Positions 19,471-28,336 of a DNA stretch of 64,000 bases are shown piece by piece; position 1 is the first letter of the stretch; the number at the start of each line of letters is the position of its first letter. The translations under genes were made by a program, and so were the position numbers. The notes under the pieces are model-generated. The model saw only the letters and a list, made by a program, of their open reading frames with translations. It made no database searches and had not been told where the DNA came from. The stretch is from Akkermansia sp. (GTDB taxonomy: Bacteria; Verrucomicrobiota; Verrucomicrobiia; Verrucomicrobiales; Akkermansiaceae): NCBI GenBank assembly GCA_017558555.1, contig JAFYUJ010000057.1:45136-109135 (forward strand), written 5' to 3'.

Positions 19471-22400
19471 GCAGAAAGGATACAGCATTTGTTGATTCAC
19501 TTCGCGCTTGGCAGTTGAATTCGTCAGGGGAAAGTATCCCCATGGTGCATGACCGAGTCCTGAGTTTGCTGGAGAGCCTCAATCCCGGTAAATGGGGACA
19601 GGATGTACTTGATCTATTGATGAGCGAAGGCTGGGTGAAATGTACAGTATATGGTAGTTATGAATTGACCCGCGAAGGTCTTAAAGAAAGGAAGAAATTA
19701 CCAGAAGTAGTATTTCCTGATCCTGAGCCAAAGAATCAAAAATCCAAGGACATTGCGCCATGGAAGACATTTAGAAAATTAGTTGCTTATTACGCTGATT
19801 GTGTTAAGCACCAGGAAAGAAGTCAACAATATCTCTTTTCTGGCGATTGCGGCAGGAAGTACATGCATCCCGTTCTTCCTTATGGTTGGCTTAAAGAGTT
19901 GGGCGAAGAATGTTCTGAAATTTCCATTCGTAAGGAAAAAGCTGACACGGTTGCAATTAACACTATCCTCACCCGCCGTAGCTATGAAGAGGAGGTGTAT
20001 ATTGGATATCCGCTGGAAGCGTTTTTCCACAATGGAAAAACGCATTATGTGCCGATTACGCTGATACCTGTTGATGTACGAGTGGATGAATCTCGGCTCT
20101 ATATGACGTTGCGTCTTGATGAAGCGGATATCAATCATGTATGGCTGGATTATCACGTGAATAAGGAGGATCACCGTGTACTTCTTGACATGTTGACCAG
20201 TTTGCATCCTGATGATGAATACTGCGGCTTGATTGACGTAAAGCGTTCCTTGCCCTACTTGGAACGATACGCAAGAGGTTGTTCGCCGGGGATGTTTGAT
20301 CCAAATGTATTTGATTGGAATGTCCCTCATTTGCAGGAGAAGGGTGATAGAGCGTGGAATTGCCCAGCATTATTCGTAGGTACGGAGCTTAAATATTCAC
20401 GTACATTGCTTCGAGAACTGCGGTATATTGCCAAAGAAAAGGATGAAGTTCTGGACGCAACAGCTCTGGCATATGTGTTTCGAGAACCCGTACTTAAATC
20501 AGAGAAGCAGCAAAGCAACTATGCTCATCCTTTTATAGAAACGAACGATGAGCAACAGCTAGCTGTTTCGTATGCATTGAATAATCCAATAACCTTGGTA
20601 ACAGGCCCTCCTGGTACAGGTAAATCGCAAGTCGCCGTAAATATCATCGCAAATTGTGTTTTGCGAGGTAAATCGGTATTGTTTACGAGTCGAAATCACA
20701 AGGCTGTTCATGCCATTGCCAACCGCAGCATGAAACTGCTGAGGGATTATGGAACCGATTTGGTAAGTTTTTGTTCAACGCCAGACGGGCAAGCCACGGA
20801 TGAGTGGTTTAAAAAGGACATTAACGTTATTTTGTCGCGACTGGAGCAGCTGCAATATGCAGCCAATCAGTGGAGTTATGAGGATGTCAATGATCTTGAA
20901 AAACGCTGGTGCGCAGTCGTTCATCGATTAGGAGCTCGTGATGAATTGGAGACTGAATTAAGTAAGATTCAAGCTCGCGTAGAGGAACTGGAGGTGCAGT
21001 TGCGCAGATTGTTAAACATCAGAGATAGGGTGAATCCAGTCCAATTCCCCTCTCTTAAGGAATTACAATTGATTGCTACGTCTTTAGCAGATGCGCCCAC
21101 GGGCAAAGGGCTACTTGCTTTCTGTAAATCATTTTTGTGGAACCTAAACGGTCGCAAACGTGATTTAAAGGCAAGAGAAAACCTGTCTGCCATTATGCCA
21201 TCCAAGGTTAATGATGCACTGCCTTCTTCGTACATAAAGGAAGAGGTAGAACGATTCATACAAAAGCTTCAGGATTATCTCAATCTTTGCGGAGCAAAAG
21301 AGGTAATAGAACAGCAATGTAAGAACCTATTACCTATTGAAACTGCCAGAGAATGTTTGCAGGATGACGCTGGTTCTGTTGCTGATAAACTTATTCCTGC
21401 GTTGCTTTTCGCTATGAGTGATGCTGCAAAACCATTCTTGGAAGATGAAGAAATGCTGAAACAGCTAGTGAACTTGCAAAGTTCTTTCAAGAGCCAGACT
21501 GCATTGCTTCAAACACAGGGGGCAAACTCGGAAGCTGTCCAAGATGCTGTGATTAGGTTTAAACGATGGTTGAAAATTACACCAGCATGGGCCACTACAA
21601 TGCTGTCGTTAACACGATCGGCACCATGTTTACCAGGCGTATACGATGCTGTCATTATTGATGAAGCTTCGCAATGTGATGTTCCACCTATGATACCAGC
21701 TCTGTATCGAGCTAAGAGTGCAGTTATCGTGGGCGATCCTCAGCAATTCCCCCCTGTGGTCACTATGCGAGAGGCAAGAAACGAGTACTTATTGCGGCAG
21801 AATCAGCTGAAGGACGTGAAGTACGCCATGTACAATTATTGCCAATCTTCTGCATATAGTGTAGTCGGTGAAAAACGCATAATGCTAACCAATCATTATA
21901 GATGTCATCCTGATATTGCGGAGTATTTCAATGAAGCGTTTTACAATAATAGATTGAATGTGTGTACGACAATGGAAGGATTATGTTCGCCTTCAGCGTA
22001 TGGTTTGAAATACGCTGTTGATTGGGTGAACGTGAATAATTCCATAGAGTCAGAGATTGACGCTGTTGTTGATCGTGTGGCGCTTTTGGCAAGAAACGGG
22101 TATTCTGGCTCTGTAGGTGTGGTGACACCTCTAAGAAAATATGCTAATATCCTGGATGAAAAGCTGAACCGATACAGGCACTCGTTCAAGGACGAATTAA
22201 TTGTCAATACCGTTAATGCATTCCAAGGCGGAGAAAAAGATGTGATAATCTTCATGCTGTCGTATACTAGCGATCTTGCAAAAACTCAGAATTGGTATAT
22301 AACCTCAGAGAGCAATCGCTACATATACAATGTTGCCGTTAGTAGAGCACGAGCTTGTCTTGTATTAGTTGGGGATAAATCCAGATGTGCAGAAAGTGGC

Positions 22401-22772
22401 TGTACATTGTTAAGGAAACTAGCAACCTTACCGATTGAAAAGAAAAAGAATACAGATGCGCCTCGGTTTGATTCAGTATGGGAAGAACGCTTTTACAATG
22501 CCCTTGTGCAAGCTGGTATAGTTCCGCAGACTCAATATCATTTGGTCGGGCGAAGATTAGATATGGCAGTCATTACTGATTCTGTGAAGCTTGACATCGA
22601 AGTAGATGGAGTCCGGTGGCATACCAGTGCCTCTGGTGGAAGAAAGATAGATGATTTGTGGAGGGACATCCAAGTAACCAGCGCCGGGTGGAAGGTATTG
22701 CGTTTCTGGGTGTATCAGCTAGAGCAGGATATGCAAGCTTGTATTGATGCGGTAAAGAAGGCATTGCAATGA
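19467..22772 (+). CDS. SF1 (UPF1/DNA2-like) helicase with N-terminal wHTH and C-terminal Vsr/DUF559-type nuclease
   Basis: GPPGTGKS, FTSRNHKAV, IIDEASQ, VGDPQQFPP, HYRCHPDI, TVNAFQGGEKD, NVAVSRAR; C-terminus FDSVWE...RLDMA...IEVDGVRWH...RD...GWKVLRFW. ATGA overlap with the previous gene. Confidence 0.9.
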   Translation: MSRKDTAFVDSLRAWQLNSSGESIPMVHDRVLSLLESLNPGKWGQDVLDLLMSEGWVKCTVYGSYELTREGLKERKKLPEVVFPDPEPKNQKSKDIAPWKTFRKLVAYYADCVKHQERSQQYLFSGDCGRKYMHPVLPYGWLKELGEECSEISIRKEKADTVAINTILTRRSYEEEVYIGYPLEAFFHNGKTHYVPITLIPVDVRVDESRLYMTLRLDEADINHVWLDYHVNKEDHRVLLDMLTSLHPDDEYCGLIDVKRSLPYLERYARGCSPGMFDPNVFDWNVPHLQEKGDRAWNCPALFVGTELKYSRTLLRELRYIAKEKDEVLDATALAYVFREPVLKSEKQQSNYAHPFIETNDEQQLAVSYALNNPITLVTGPPGTGKSQVAVNIIANCVLRGKSVLFTSRNHKAVHAIANRSMKLLRDYGTDLVSFCSTPDGQATDEWFKKDINVILSRLEQLQYAANQWSYEDVNDLEKRWCAVVHRLGARDELETELSKIQARVEELEVQLRRLLNIRDRVNPVQFPSLKELQLIATSLADAPTGKGLLAFCKSFLWNLNGRKRDLKARENLSAIMPSKVNDALPSSYIKEEVERFIQKLQDYLNLCGAKEVIEQQCKNLLPIETARECLQDDAGSVADKLIPALLFAMSDAAKPFLEDEEMLKQLVNLQSSFKSQTALLQTQGANSEAVQDAVIRFKRWLKITPAWATTMLSLTRSAPCLPGVYDAVIIDEASQCDVPPMIPALYRAKSAVIVGDPQQFPPVVTMREARNEYLLRQNQLKDVKYAMYNYCQSSAYSVVGEKRIMLTNHYRCHPDIAEYFNEAFYNNRLNVCTTMEGLCSPSAYGLKYAVDWVNVNNSIESEIDAVVDRVALLARNGYSGSVGVVTPLRKYANILDEKLNRYRHSFKDELIVNTVNAFQGGEKDVIIFMLSYTSDLAKTQNWYITSESNRYIYNVAVSRARACLVLVGDKSRCAESGCTLLRKLATLPIEKKKNTDAPRFDSVWEERFYNALVQAGIVPQTQYHLVGRRLDMAVITDSVKLDIEVDGVRWHTSASGGRKIDDLWRDIQVTSAGWKVLRFWVYQLEQDMQACIDAVKKALQ

Positions 22773-22809
22773 GTTATCCGAGAACGGGCTTTAAAATATA
22801 GTGTTTAAT

Positions 22810-22950
22810 ATGGAAGTGGTAAGGTTGTTGCTGACGTATCTTGGCAAAGATGTCGAGGTCGGCTCACTCTTTTTCGCAAAGCATAGTAGACACAGTGCTA
22901 TTGTAATACTGCTTTTAGCGGCGGGCGCGAAGATTGGCTCCGCAATGTAG
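22810..22950 (+). pseudogene. Ankyrin-repeat gene remnant (46 codons)
   Basis: Manual translation MEVVRLLLTYLGKDVEVGSLFFAKHSRHSAIVILLLAAGAKIGSAM* matches about 1.5 ankyrin repeats (EVVRLLL...DV; L..A...H..IV.LLL.AGA). Confidence 0.6.
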
Positions 22951-23072
22951 AGTGTGCGCTATTAAAATTTTTGAAAAGATTTACAGCATATTTGTATAGC
23001 ACAAGAAGATAACCATACAACACTTCTAGCATGAGATTGACAATTCAGCCGGGCTTTGTTACGCTGGGGGGC

Positions 23073-23540
23073 ATGATGATTGGGGTGACAGCAGAAGAAA
23101 TGGCAACCATTCGCGCGCTGGTGCGAGCGGGGGAAGAGATTTTGTGGGCAGGGCGAGGGTGCCGCTTGGTGGAGACTGCTTGTGTTCCCTCGCAAAAGAA
23201 GGGGCTGTTGCAGCGGATGTGTGCGTTGTTTTCATTGGCAGCGGAGGCGGTGCAACCGACTGTTGCGGCTGCTGATGGCCCGGTGTATGTGCTGCTGCCG
23301 ACACGCGTGCTGGAGGTGCAGGGGGGAGCTGTGCAGCATGAATGGATGCTGATGTTGGGGATGGTGCAAAAGGTGGTGTGCCGTGAGGATGGTTCCGGTG
23401 ATGTTGTGTTTGATTATGAGCCTCAGGCCGATGGGGGAATGATGCCGCGTGGGTTGCTTGGCGTTGCGGATGTGACCGCTGTGCGGGACAAATTGCACGC
23501 CGCTATTGATGCGGCTTATATGGCATCACCTTGGACGTGA
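23073..23540 (+). CDS. Hypothetical protein (possible bacterial PH-like domain)
   Basis: GEEILWAG...YVLLPTRVL...DGSGDVVF pattern; start set by promoter TTGACA-17-TACGCT 7 nt upstream. Confidence 0.6.
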   Translation: MMIGVTAEEMATIRALVRAGEEILWAGRGCRLVETACVPSQKKGLLQRMCALFSLAAEAVQPTVAAADGPVYVLLPTRVLEVQGGAVQHEWMLMLGMVQKVVCREDGSGDVVFDYEPQADGGMMPRGLLGVADVTAVRDKLHAAIDAAYMASPWT

Positions 23541-23549
23541 TGCGTTCTC

Positions 23550-24233
23550 TCAGATGCCCAACAGGCAGGAGAGAAGGAACGAAAGTTTGCCGATGCCTTT
23601 GGCCGGGGTGAGTATCTCTGCCTGCGGGTGGGCTGCTGCCACGGTTTTGTCGGGATTGACGAGGACTGCGGCATCGCAGATGCTGAGCATGGGGAGATCT
23701 GCGCGGCTGTCGGTGTAGCCGATATCGGCGTGGTCGATGCCAAGCTGATGGTGCAGGCGAATGTTTTTGTTGGCTCCCTTGTTGTTGCCGGGCGCTTCAA
23801 TACGCGGGAAGAAGGGGATGCGAGCCGGCATTTCCACGGGGGTGCCGATGGTGTGGGTGAACCCGAGCGCGGGGCCGACCAGCTGTGTCCACCAATCAGG
23901 GGAGGCCGAGCAGAGCACGGTGGTGTCTCCCTGGGCGTGGTGTTGTGCAATTTTTGCTCGCAGAGGGGGATAGATAGCGGGGAGAATTTCTTGTTGTACA
24001 AAGGCTTGGCACTCCTGCTGCAGTGCTTCTTTGCGCAGGCCCCAGGCATAAGAGAGGAATATGCGCTTCATTTGCTCCGTGTTGAGGATGCGCAGGGCGC
24101 GCAGGATTCCACAAGGCAGTACAATCAAGAGGTAGAGTCGGCGCCAGCCGTGCCGTTTGAGAATCCAGCGGGCAAATCGAAGCTGAGAATCCCCGGCAAA
24201 GAGGGTGCCATCCATGTCGAAGAGTGCTATCAT
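23550..24233 (-). CDS. HAD-IB family hydrolase
   Basis: LFDMDGTL, CSASP, KGANK, YTDSRADLPML. Confidence 0.9.
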   Translation of the reverse strand: MIALFDMDGTLFAGDSQLRFARWILKRHGWRRLYLLIVLPCGILRALRILNTEQMKRIFLSYAWGLRKEALQQECQAFVQQEILPAIYPPLRAKIAQHHAQGDTTVLCSASPDWWTQLVGPALGFTHTIGTPVEMPARIPFFPRIEAPGNNKGANKNIRLHHQLGIDHADIGYTDSRADLPMLSICDAAVLVNPDKTVAAAHPQAEILTPAKGIGKLSFLLSCLLGI

Positions 24234-25006
24234 CTGTTGTATGTGAACTTGTGGTGAAGTTTCCAGCAAATCATGATGATAGCGCCCATGATGATGCCAC
24301 CCAGGTGCCCGGCTTCGCCACCGGCGTTGCTCCAGTTGAAGAGGATGGTGGCGCTGGCAAAGATGATAATCAGCAGGGCAAAGGTGCGCAGCTTGAGTGT
24401 GACCGGCGGGAACAGCAGGGAAATGCGCACATCCGGGAAAAGGAAGGTGGCTGCCACCATGACACCGTAGATAGCGGCACTGGCGCCAACCATGGGTATC
24501 ATCTGCCAGGGCATGACGATGCCTTCGTAGCCGACGTACTGGGCAAGCGCATTGACGGCCTGCATGGTTTCGGCATTGGTGGGCAGGGAGACGTAAAGCC
24601 CCATACTGGCGAGCAGGGAGGAGAACAGTGCCCCGGATACGCCGCAGGCGAGGTAGTAGGCCAGGAACTTGCGGCTGCCCATGATTTGCTCAATCACGGG
24701 GCCAAAGAAGTAGAGCGCCCACATGTTGAAGATAAGGTGGCCGAGGTTGGCATGCAGGAACTGGTAGGTGACCATGCGCCAGATTTGCCCCTCCATGAAG
24801 CAGGTGAACCAGGAGTATGCCCCAAGAATGTGGAAGATAGATTCTTTTTCGTGGGAGGAAGGGAATGCGATGCCCAGAAGCGCATCTTTCTGCACCATCA
24901 TTCCCACGAGGAAGACAACGATATTGATGATGATGAGAGATGTGGTGACACTGGGATTGCGGAGATTCATCGTGCGCAGGTAACGGGTTGTATGGAACTG
25001 AGACAC
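24230..25006 (-). CDS. Rhomboid family intramembrane serine protease
   Basis: WRMVTYQFLH, HLIFNM, GASAA and AGHLGG; start uncertain (25006 or 24970). Confidence 0.92.
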   Translation of the reverse strand: MSQFHTTRYLRTMNLRNPSVTTSLIIINIVVFLVGMMVQKDALLGIAFPSSHEKESIFHILGAYSWFTCFMEGQIWRMVTYQFLHANLGHLIFNMWALYFFGPVIEQIMGSRKFLAYYLACGVSGALFSSLLASMGLYVSLPTNAETMQAVNALAQYVGYEGIVMPWQMIPMVGASAAIYGVMVAATFLFPDVRISLLFPPVTLKLRTFALLIIIFASATILFNWSNAGGEAGHLGGIIMGAIIMICWKLHHKFTYNR

Positions 25007-25024
25007 CGCGGGTGCCGATGTTGT

Positions 25025-25420
25025 TCAACTTTCGGCAGAGTTGGCTTTCAGACGGGCGGCGATGCCATCAATTTCTTCCTGAGAGAGCAGGTGCTCCAGC
25101 AAACAGGCTGCTTCTCCGGCGCGCTCGCTGCTCAGCCCCGCCATTTCTTCCATGAAACGGTAGAGAATACGGTGTGCGCTGATGACGCTTTCTGCATAGC
25201 GGGCTCCCTTTTCGGTGAGCTGGATGGGGCTGTATTGTCGGTATTCAATCATACCGAGCTCCGCCAGTCTGCGCATGGCTGCCGTGACGCTGGGCTTTTT
25301 GACCCCCAGCATCTCGGCAATGTCGCTCACCTGGGCGCAGCCATTTTTATGGCACAAGTGGCCGATGGCTTCCAGGTAATCCTCTGCGCTGCTGCTCAGC
25401 CTGTGGGTGGAGTCGCTCAT
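25025..25420 (-). CDS. DtxR/MntR family metal-dependent regulator
   Basis: EDYLEAI, SDIAEMLGVKKPSVT, LTEKG, ACLLEH. Confidence 0.92.
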   Translation of the reverse strand: MSDSTHRLSSSAEDYLEAIGHLCHKNGCAQVSDIAEMLGVKKPSVTAAMRRLAELGMIEYRQYSPIQLTEKGARYAESVISAHRILYRFMEEMAGLSSERAGEAACLLEHLLSQEEIDGIAARLKANSAES

Positions 25421-26637
25421 GCTTTTTTGCGGAGGGTAGCCACGCACTCCAGGTGCTTGGTTTGAGGGAAGAGGTCGAAGGGTTGCACTTCGATGACCTC
25501 ATACCCGGCTTTATCGAACTCTGCCAAATCCCGAATCTGGGTGGCAGGGTTGCAGGAGACGTAGACCACACGCTCCGGGCCAAAGGCAAAGAGCTGGTTC
25601 AGGAAAGCCATGTCGCAACCTTTGCGGGGCGGGTCGATGACGACGGCGCTTTGTTCAGCGGGGAAATCAACCTGCTCAAAGATGGCTTCGGCGCTGGCAG
25701 CCAGGAAGCTGGCGTGGGTGATGTTGTTGCTGCGGGCGTTGGCGCGTGCCCAGTCTGCGCTGGTTTCGCTGACTTCCACGCCAAGCACCTTTTCAAAGTG
25801 GGAAGCGAGGGTAAGGGCAAAGAGACCACTGCCGCAGTAAGCATCCACCAGGTACTTGGCACCACCGGCGCAAGCCTGGCGGGCAACATAATCGGTGAAA
25901 GCCGGCAGGATGTAGGGATTGTTCTGGAAGAAATCACCCGCGAGGAAGTTGAAGGTGAGGTCGCCCACGCGTTCGGTGCAGACGGCGTTGTTGTTGGTAA
26001 TCACGCTGCCTTCGCTCACGCGCATGAGGAGGGTGGCACCGCGCTTGTACTGAGATGCTGCCTGCTGCACGGCCTTGCGCAGAGCGGGCAGGGCGGCGTT
26101 GATGGGTTCCCTGGCGATGGGACATTGCTTTACATCGCAAATTTCACTGCGGGAACCGGCTCGCAGGAATCCGATGCTGCCCATGCGGGCATCCTTGGGC
26201 TTCTGGAAGTGCGGGGTGATTTTGGATCGGTAGTTGTATGTCTCCGGGGAGGGAATGGCCGGCTTGACGGGGAGCACCAACCCGGCTTGCAGTCGCAGCA
26301 GGTCTGCGACTTGGGCTGTTTTCCATTCCAGCTGGGCGGCGTAGTCCAAATGCTGGTATTGGCAGCCACCACAGTAGCCGAATACGGGGCATTGCGGTTT
26401 CACGCGGCGGGGGGAGGACTCCAGCACTTCCACTAAATCTGCCATGGAGCAATTTTTGTCATTGCGGTAGATGCGGGCACGCACGCGTTCGCCGGGCAGG
26501 GTGTAGGGCACGAACACAACCCAGTTATCGATGCGGCCTACGCCGTCACCCATGTTGGAAAGATTATCAATGACCAGTTCTACCTCTTCGTGGTAAGCGA
26601 ACGGGGTAGGTACAAATTTGCGTGGGGGAGTATCCAT
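25417..26637 (-). CDS. rlmD: TRAM-domain RNA m5U methyltransferase (RlmD/TrmA family)
   Basis: TRAM domain, CPVFGYCGGC, FFQNN, DAYCGSG, IDPPRKG, YVSCNPATQIRD, FDLFPQTKHLE. Confidence 0.85.
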   Translation of the reverse strand: MDTPPRKFVPTPFAYHEEVELVIDNLSNMGDGVGRIDNWVVFVPYTLPGERVRARIYRNDKNCSMADLVEVLESSPRRVKPQCPVFGYCGGCQYQHLDYAAQLEWKTAQVADLLRLQAGLVLPVKPAIPSPETYNYRSKITPHFQKPKDARMGSIGFLRAGSRSEICDVKQCPIAREPINAALPALRKAVQQAASQYKRGATLLMRVSEGSVITNNNAVCTERVGDLTFNFLAGDFFQNNPYILPAFTDYVARQACAGGAKYLVDAYCGSGLFALTLASHFEKVLGVEVSETSADWARANARSNNITHASFLAASAEAIFEQVDFPAEQSAVVIDPPRKGCDMAFLNQLFAFGPERVVYVSCNPATQIRDLAEFDKAGYEVIEVQPFDLFPQTKHLECVATLRKKA

Positions 26638-26641
26638 ATAA

Positions 26642-27202
26642 TCAGTTGTTGCCTTCGCCTGTCAATTTGCCGTTGATATCCATAGGCAGTTTTGTGGGCA
26701 GTACGGGGGAGCGGAAGCCGTGGCGTTCTGCTCGGTTGGGGGGAAGGGCTTTTGCTTCGCCTGCGCTGGCAGCTTCTTCAGGCGGAGCATAACGGTGCAT
26801 GCGCAGAGAATTGCGGCCGGGAATGCCGGATGTGTTGGGTACGGCGTCTACCAACACTTCCTCCTGTGCTACCGGTTCGGGCAAGACATCGTGAGCGCTT
26901 GCGGTTGCCTCGCCGGGCTTGTTGTCCGTGAGGAGTTTTGCCGCAGCCTCCTGTTGCTCGGGTGTGGGGACAAAATCGGAGGCATCGCTGTCGCTCTTGG
27001 TGGCGGCAGTACTGTCCTGACCCTCCTTCTTTTGTGTTTTTACGGAAGCGGGTTGATTTTTATCTTCGTTTTCGGTTGTTTCAGCCTTTGCAGGCTCTTC
27101 TTCGCCGGGAACCGGAATGAATTCCATTTGCTGGACAACTGATGAGCAGGATATCATCATCAACCCCAACGAGGTGGCTATGCACGACCAGAAAATCTTC
27201 AT
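26642..27202 (-). CDS. Hypothetical lipoprotein
   Basis: MKIFWSCIATSLGLMMISC lipobox-like signal, then low-complexity body; promoter TTGCAA-17-TAACAT 7 nt upstream. Confidence 0.65.
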   Translation of the reverse strand: MKIFWSCIATSLGLMMISCSSVVQQMEFIPVPGEEEPAKAETTENEDKNQPASVKTQKKEGQDSTAATKSDSDASDFVPTPEQQEAAAKLLTDNKPGEATASAHDVLPEPVAQEEVLVDAVPNTSGIPGRNSLRMHRYAPPEEAASAGEAKALPPNRAERHGFRSPVLPTKLPMDINGKLTGEGNN

Positions 27203-27390
27203 GTGCGACATGTTAGCACTCTTTGCCTTGGTTTGCAAGCACAAACAGCCCGGGCTGGGTATTCATCGGAGGCGGGAGAAAATCGGTGCGTGATTCATGC
27301 AAAAAAGTGGTGCAGATGGTAGGAATGTGTATGCTGTACATGTCTTTAGACTTGATTTTTCCAGAGATTTAAGGCATAACTTGTGCCGAC

Positions 27391-28314
27391 ATGTCGGATG
27401 AGCACACACGCAAACCCTCGTGGTTAAAGGTAAAGCTGCCTAAGGGGCAGGTATTCAAGGATGTACAGAAATTAGTGAAGGGTAACTCCCTTGTGACTGT
27501 GTGTGAGGAGGCTATGTGCCCCAATCGTGGCGAATGCTGGAGCCATGGTACTGCTACATTCATGGTGGGTGGTGATGTGTGCACCCGCGCATGTGGTTTC
27601 TGTGCCACACGTACGGCCAAACCGAAGCCGCTCGACCCCGCGGAACCTGCCAAGGTGGCAGATGCTGTAGCGCGTATGAATTTAAACCACTCTGTGGTGA
27701 CGATGGTGACGCGAGATGACCTTGCAGATGGTGCCGCTGGCCACATTGCTGCCACCATTCGCGAGATTCGCAAGGCCAGCCCGCAGACGATTATCGAGGT
27801 GCTGACCTCAGATTTTAACGGCAAGGAGGAATCGCTGGCCAAGGTGATGGATGCACGCCCGCATATTTTCAACCACAACCTGGAGACGGTGGAGCGTCTT
27901 TCTCCCCTGGTGCGTTTCCGCGCAAAGTACCGCCTTTCTTTGCAGGTGCTGAAGCGTGCGCTTGAAATGGCTCCGGGGATGGTGGTCACCAAGAGTGGTA
28001 TCATGCTGGGCCTTGGTGAAACCCGAGATGAAATTGAACGCACCATGGATGACCTGCGCGAGCATGGCGTGACGGTGCTGACCATGGGGCAGTATCTGCG
28101 TCCCTCCCCCCGTCACCTGCCGGTGATTGACTACATTCGCCCCGAGGTCTTTGAGGAGCTGCGCGAGGTGGCTTTGTCCAAGGGGTTCCGCCATGTGGCC
28201 AGTGGTCCGCTCATTCGCTCCTCTCACCATGATGCCAACTTCCGCCCCGAGCTGGATATTCTGGATGCCATTAACGCGGATTTGCGTGCACGCGGCGAAA
28301 TAGCTGCTGAATAA
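27391..28314 (+). CDS. lipA: Lipoyl synthase
   Basis: CEEAMCPNRGEC, CTRACGFC, NHNLETV, GQYLRP, RSS. Confidence 0.97.
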   Translation: MSDEHTRKPSWLKVKLPKGQVFKDVQKLVKGNSLVTVCEEAMCPNRGECWSHGTATFMVGGDVCTRACGFCATRTAKPKPLDPAEPAKVADAVARMNLNHSVVTMVTRDDLADGAAGHIAATIREIRKASPQTIIEVLTSDFNGKEESLAKVMDARPHIFNHNLETVERLSPLVRFRAKYRLSLQVLKRALEMAPGMVVTKSGIMLGLGETRDEIERTMDDLREHGVTVLTMGQYLRPSPRHLPVIDYIRPEVFEELREVALSKGFRHVASGPLIRSSHHDANFRPELDILDAINADLRARGEIAAE

Positions 28315-28336
28315 CTTTTCCCACACAACATATTAT

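Larger units (their letters stand above)
12403..23036. mobile_element. AT-richer accessory (defence) island without integrase
   Basis: Visible drop in GC and change in codon style (TTA/AGA/ATA-rich) versus the flanks. Bounded by two host-type divergent promoters (TTGACA at 12402 minus, 23037 plus). Boundaries approximate. Confidence 0.7.

Noticed and set aside
12374-23030. Short matches at the island flanks (TTCTAGC at 12374 and 23024; GCTTTAAAA at 12462 and 22788) as att/target duplications
   Set aside because: Only 7-9 bp in AT-rich DNA; the first overlaps a host -10 box, and there is no recombinase. Compatible with chance.
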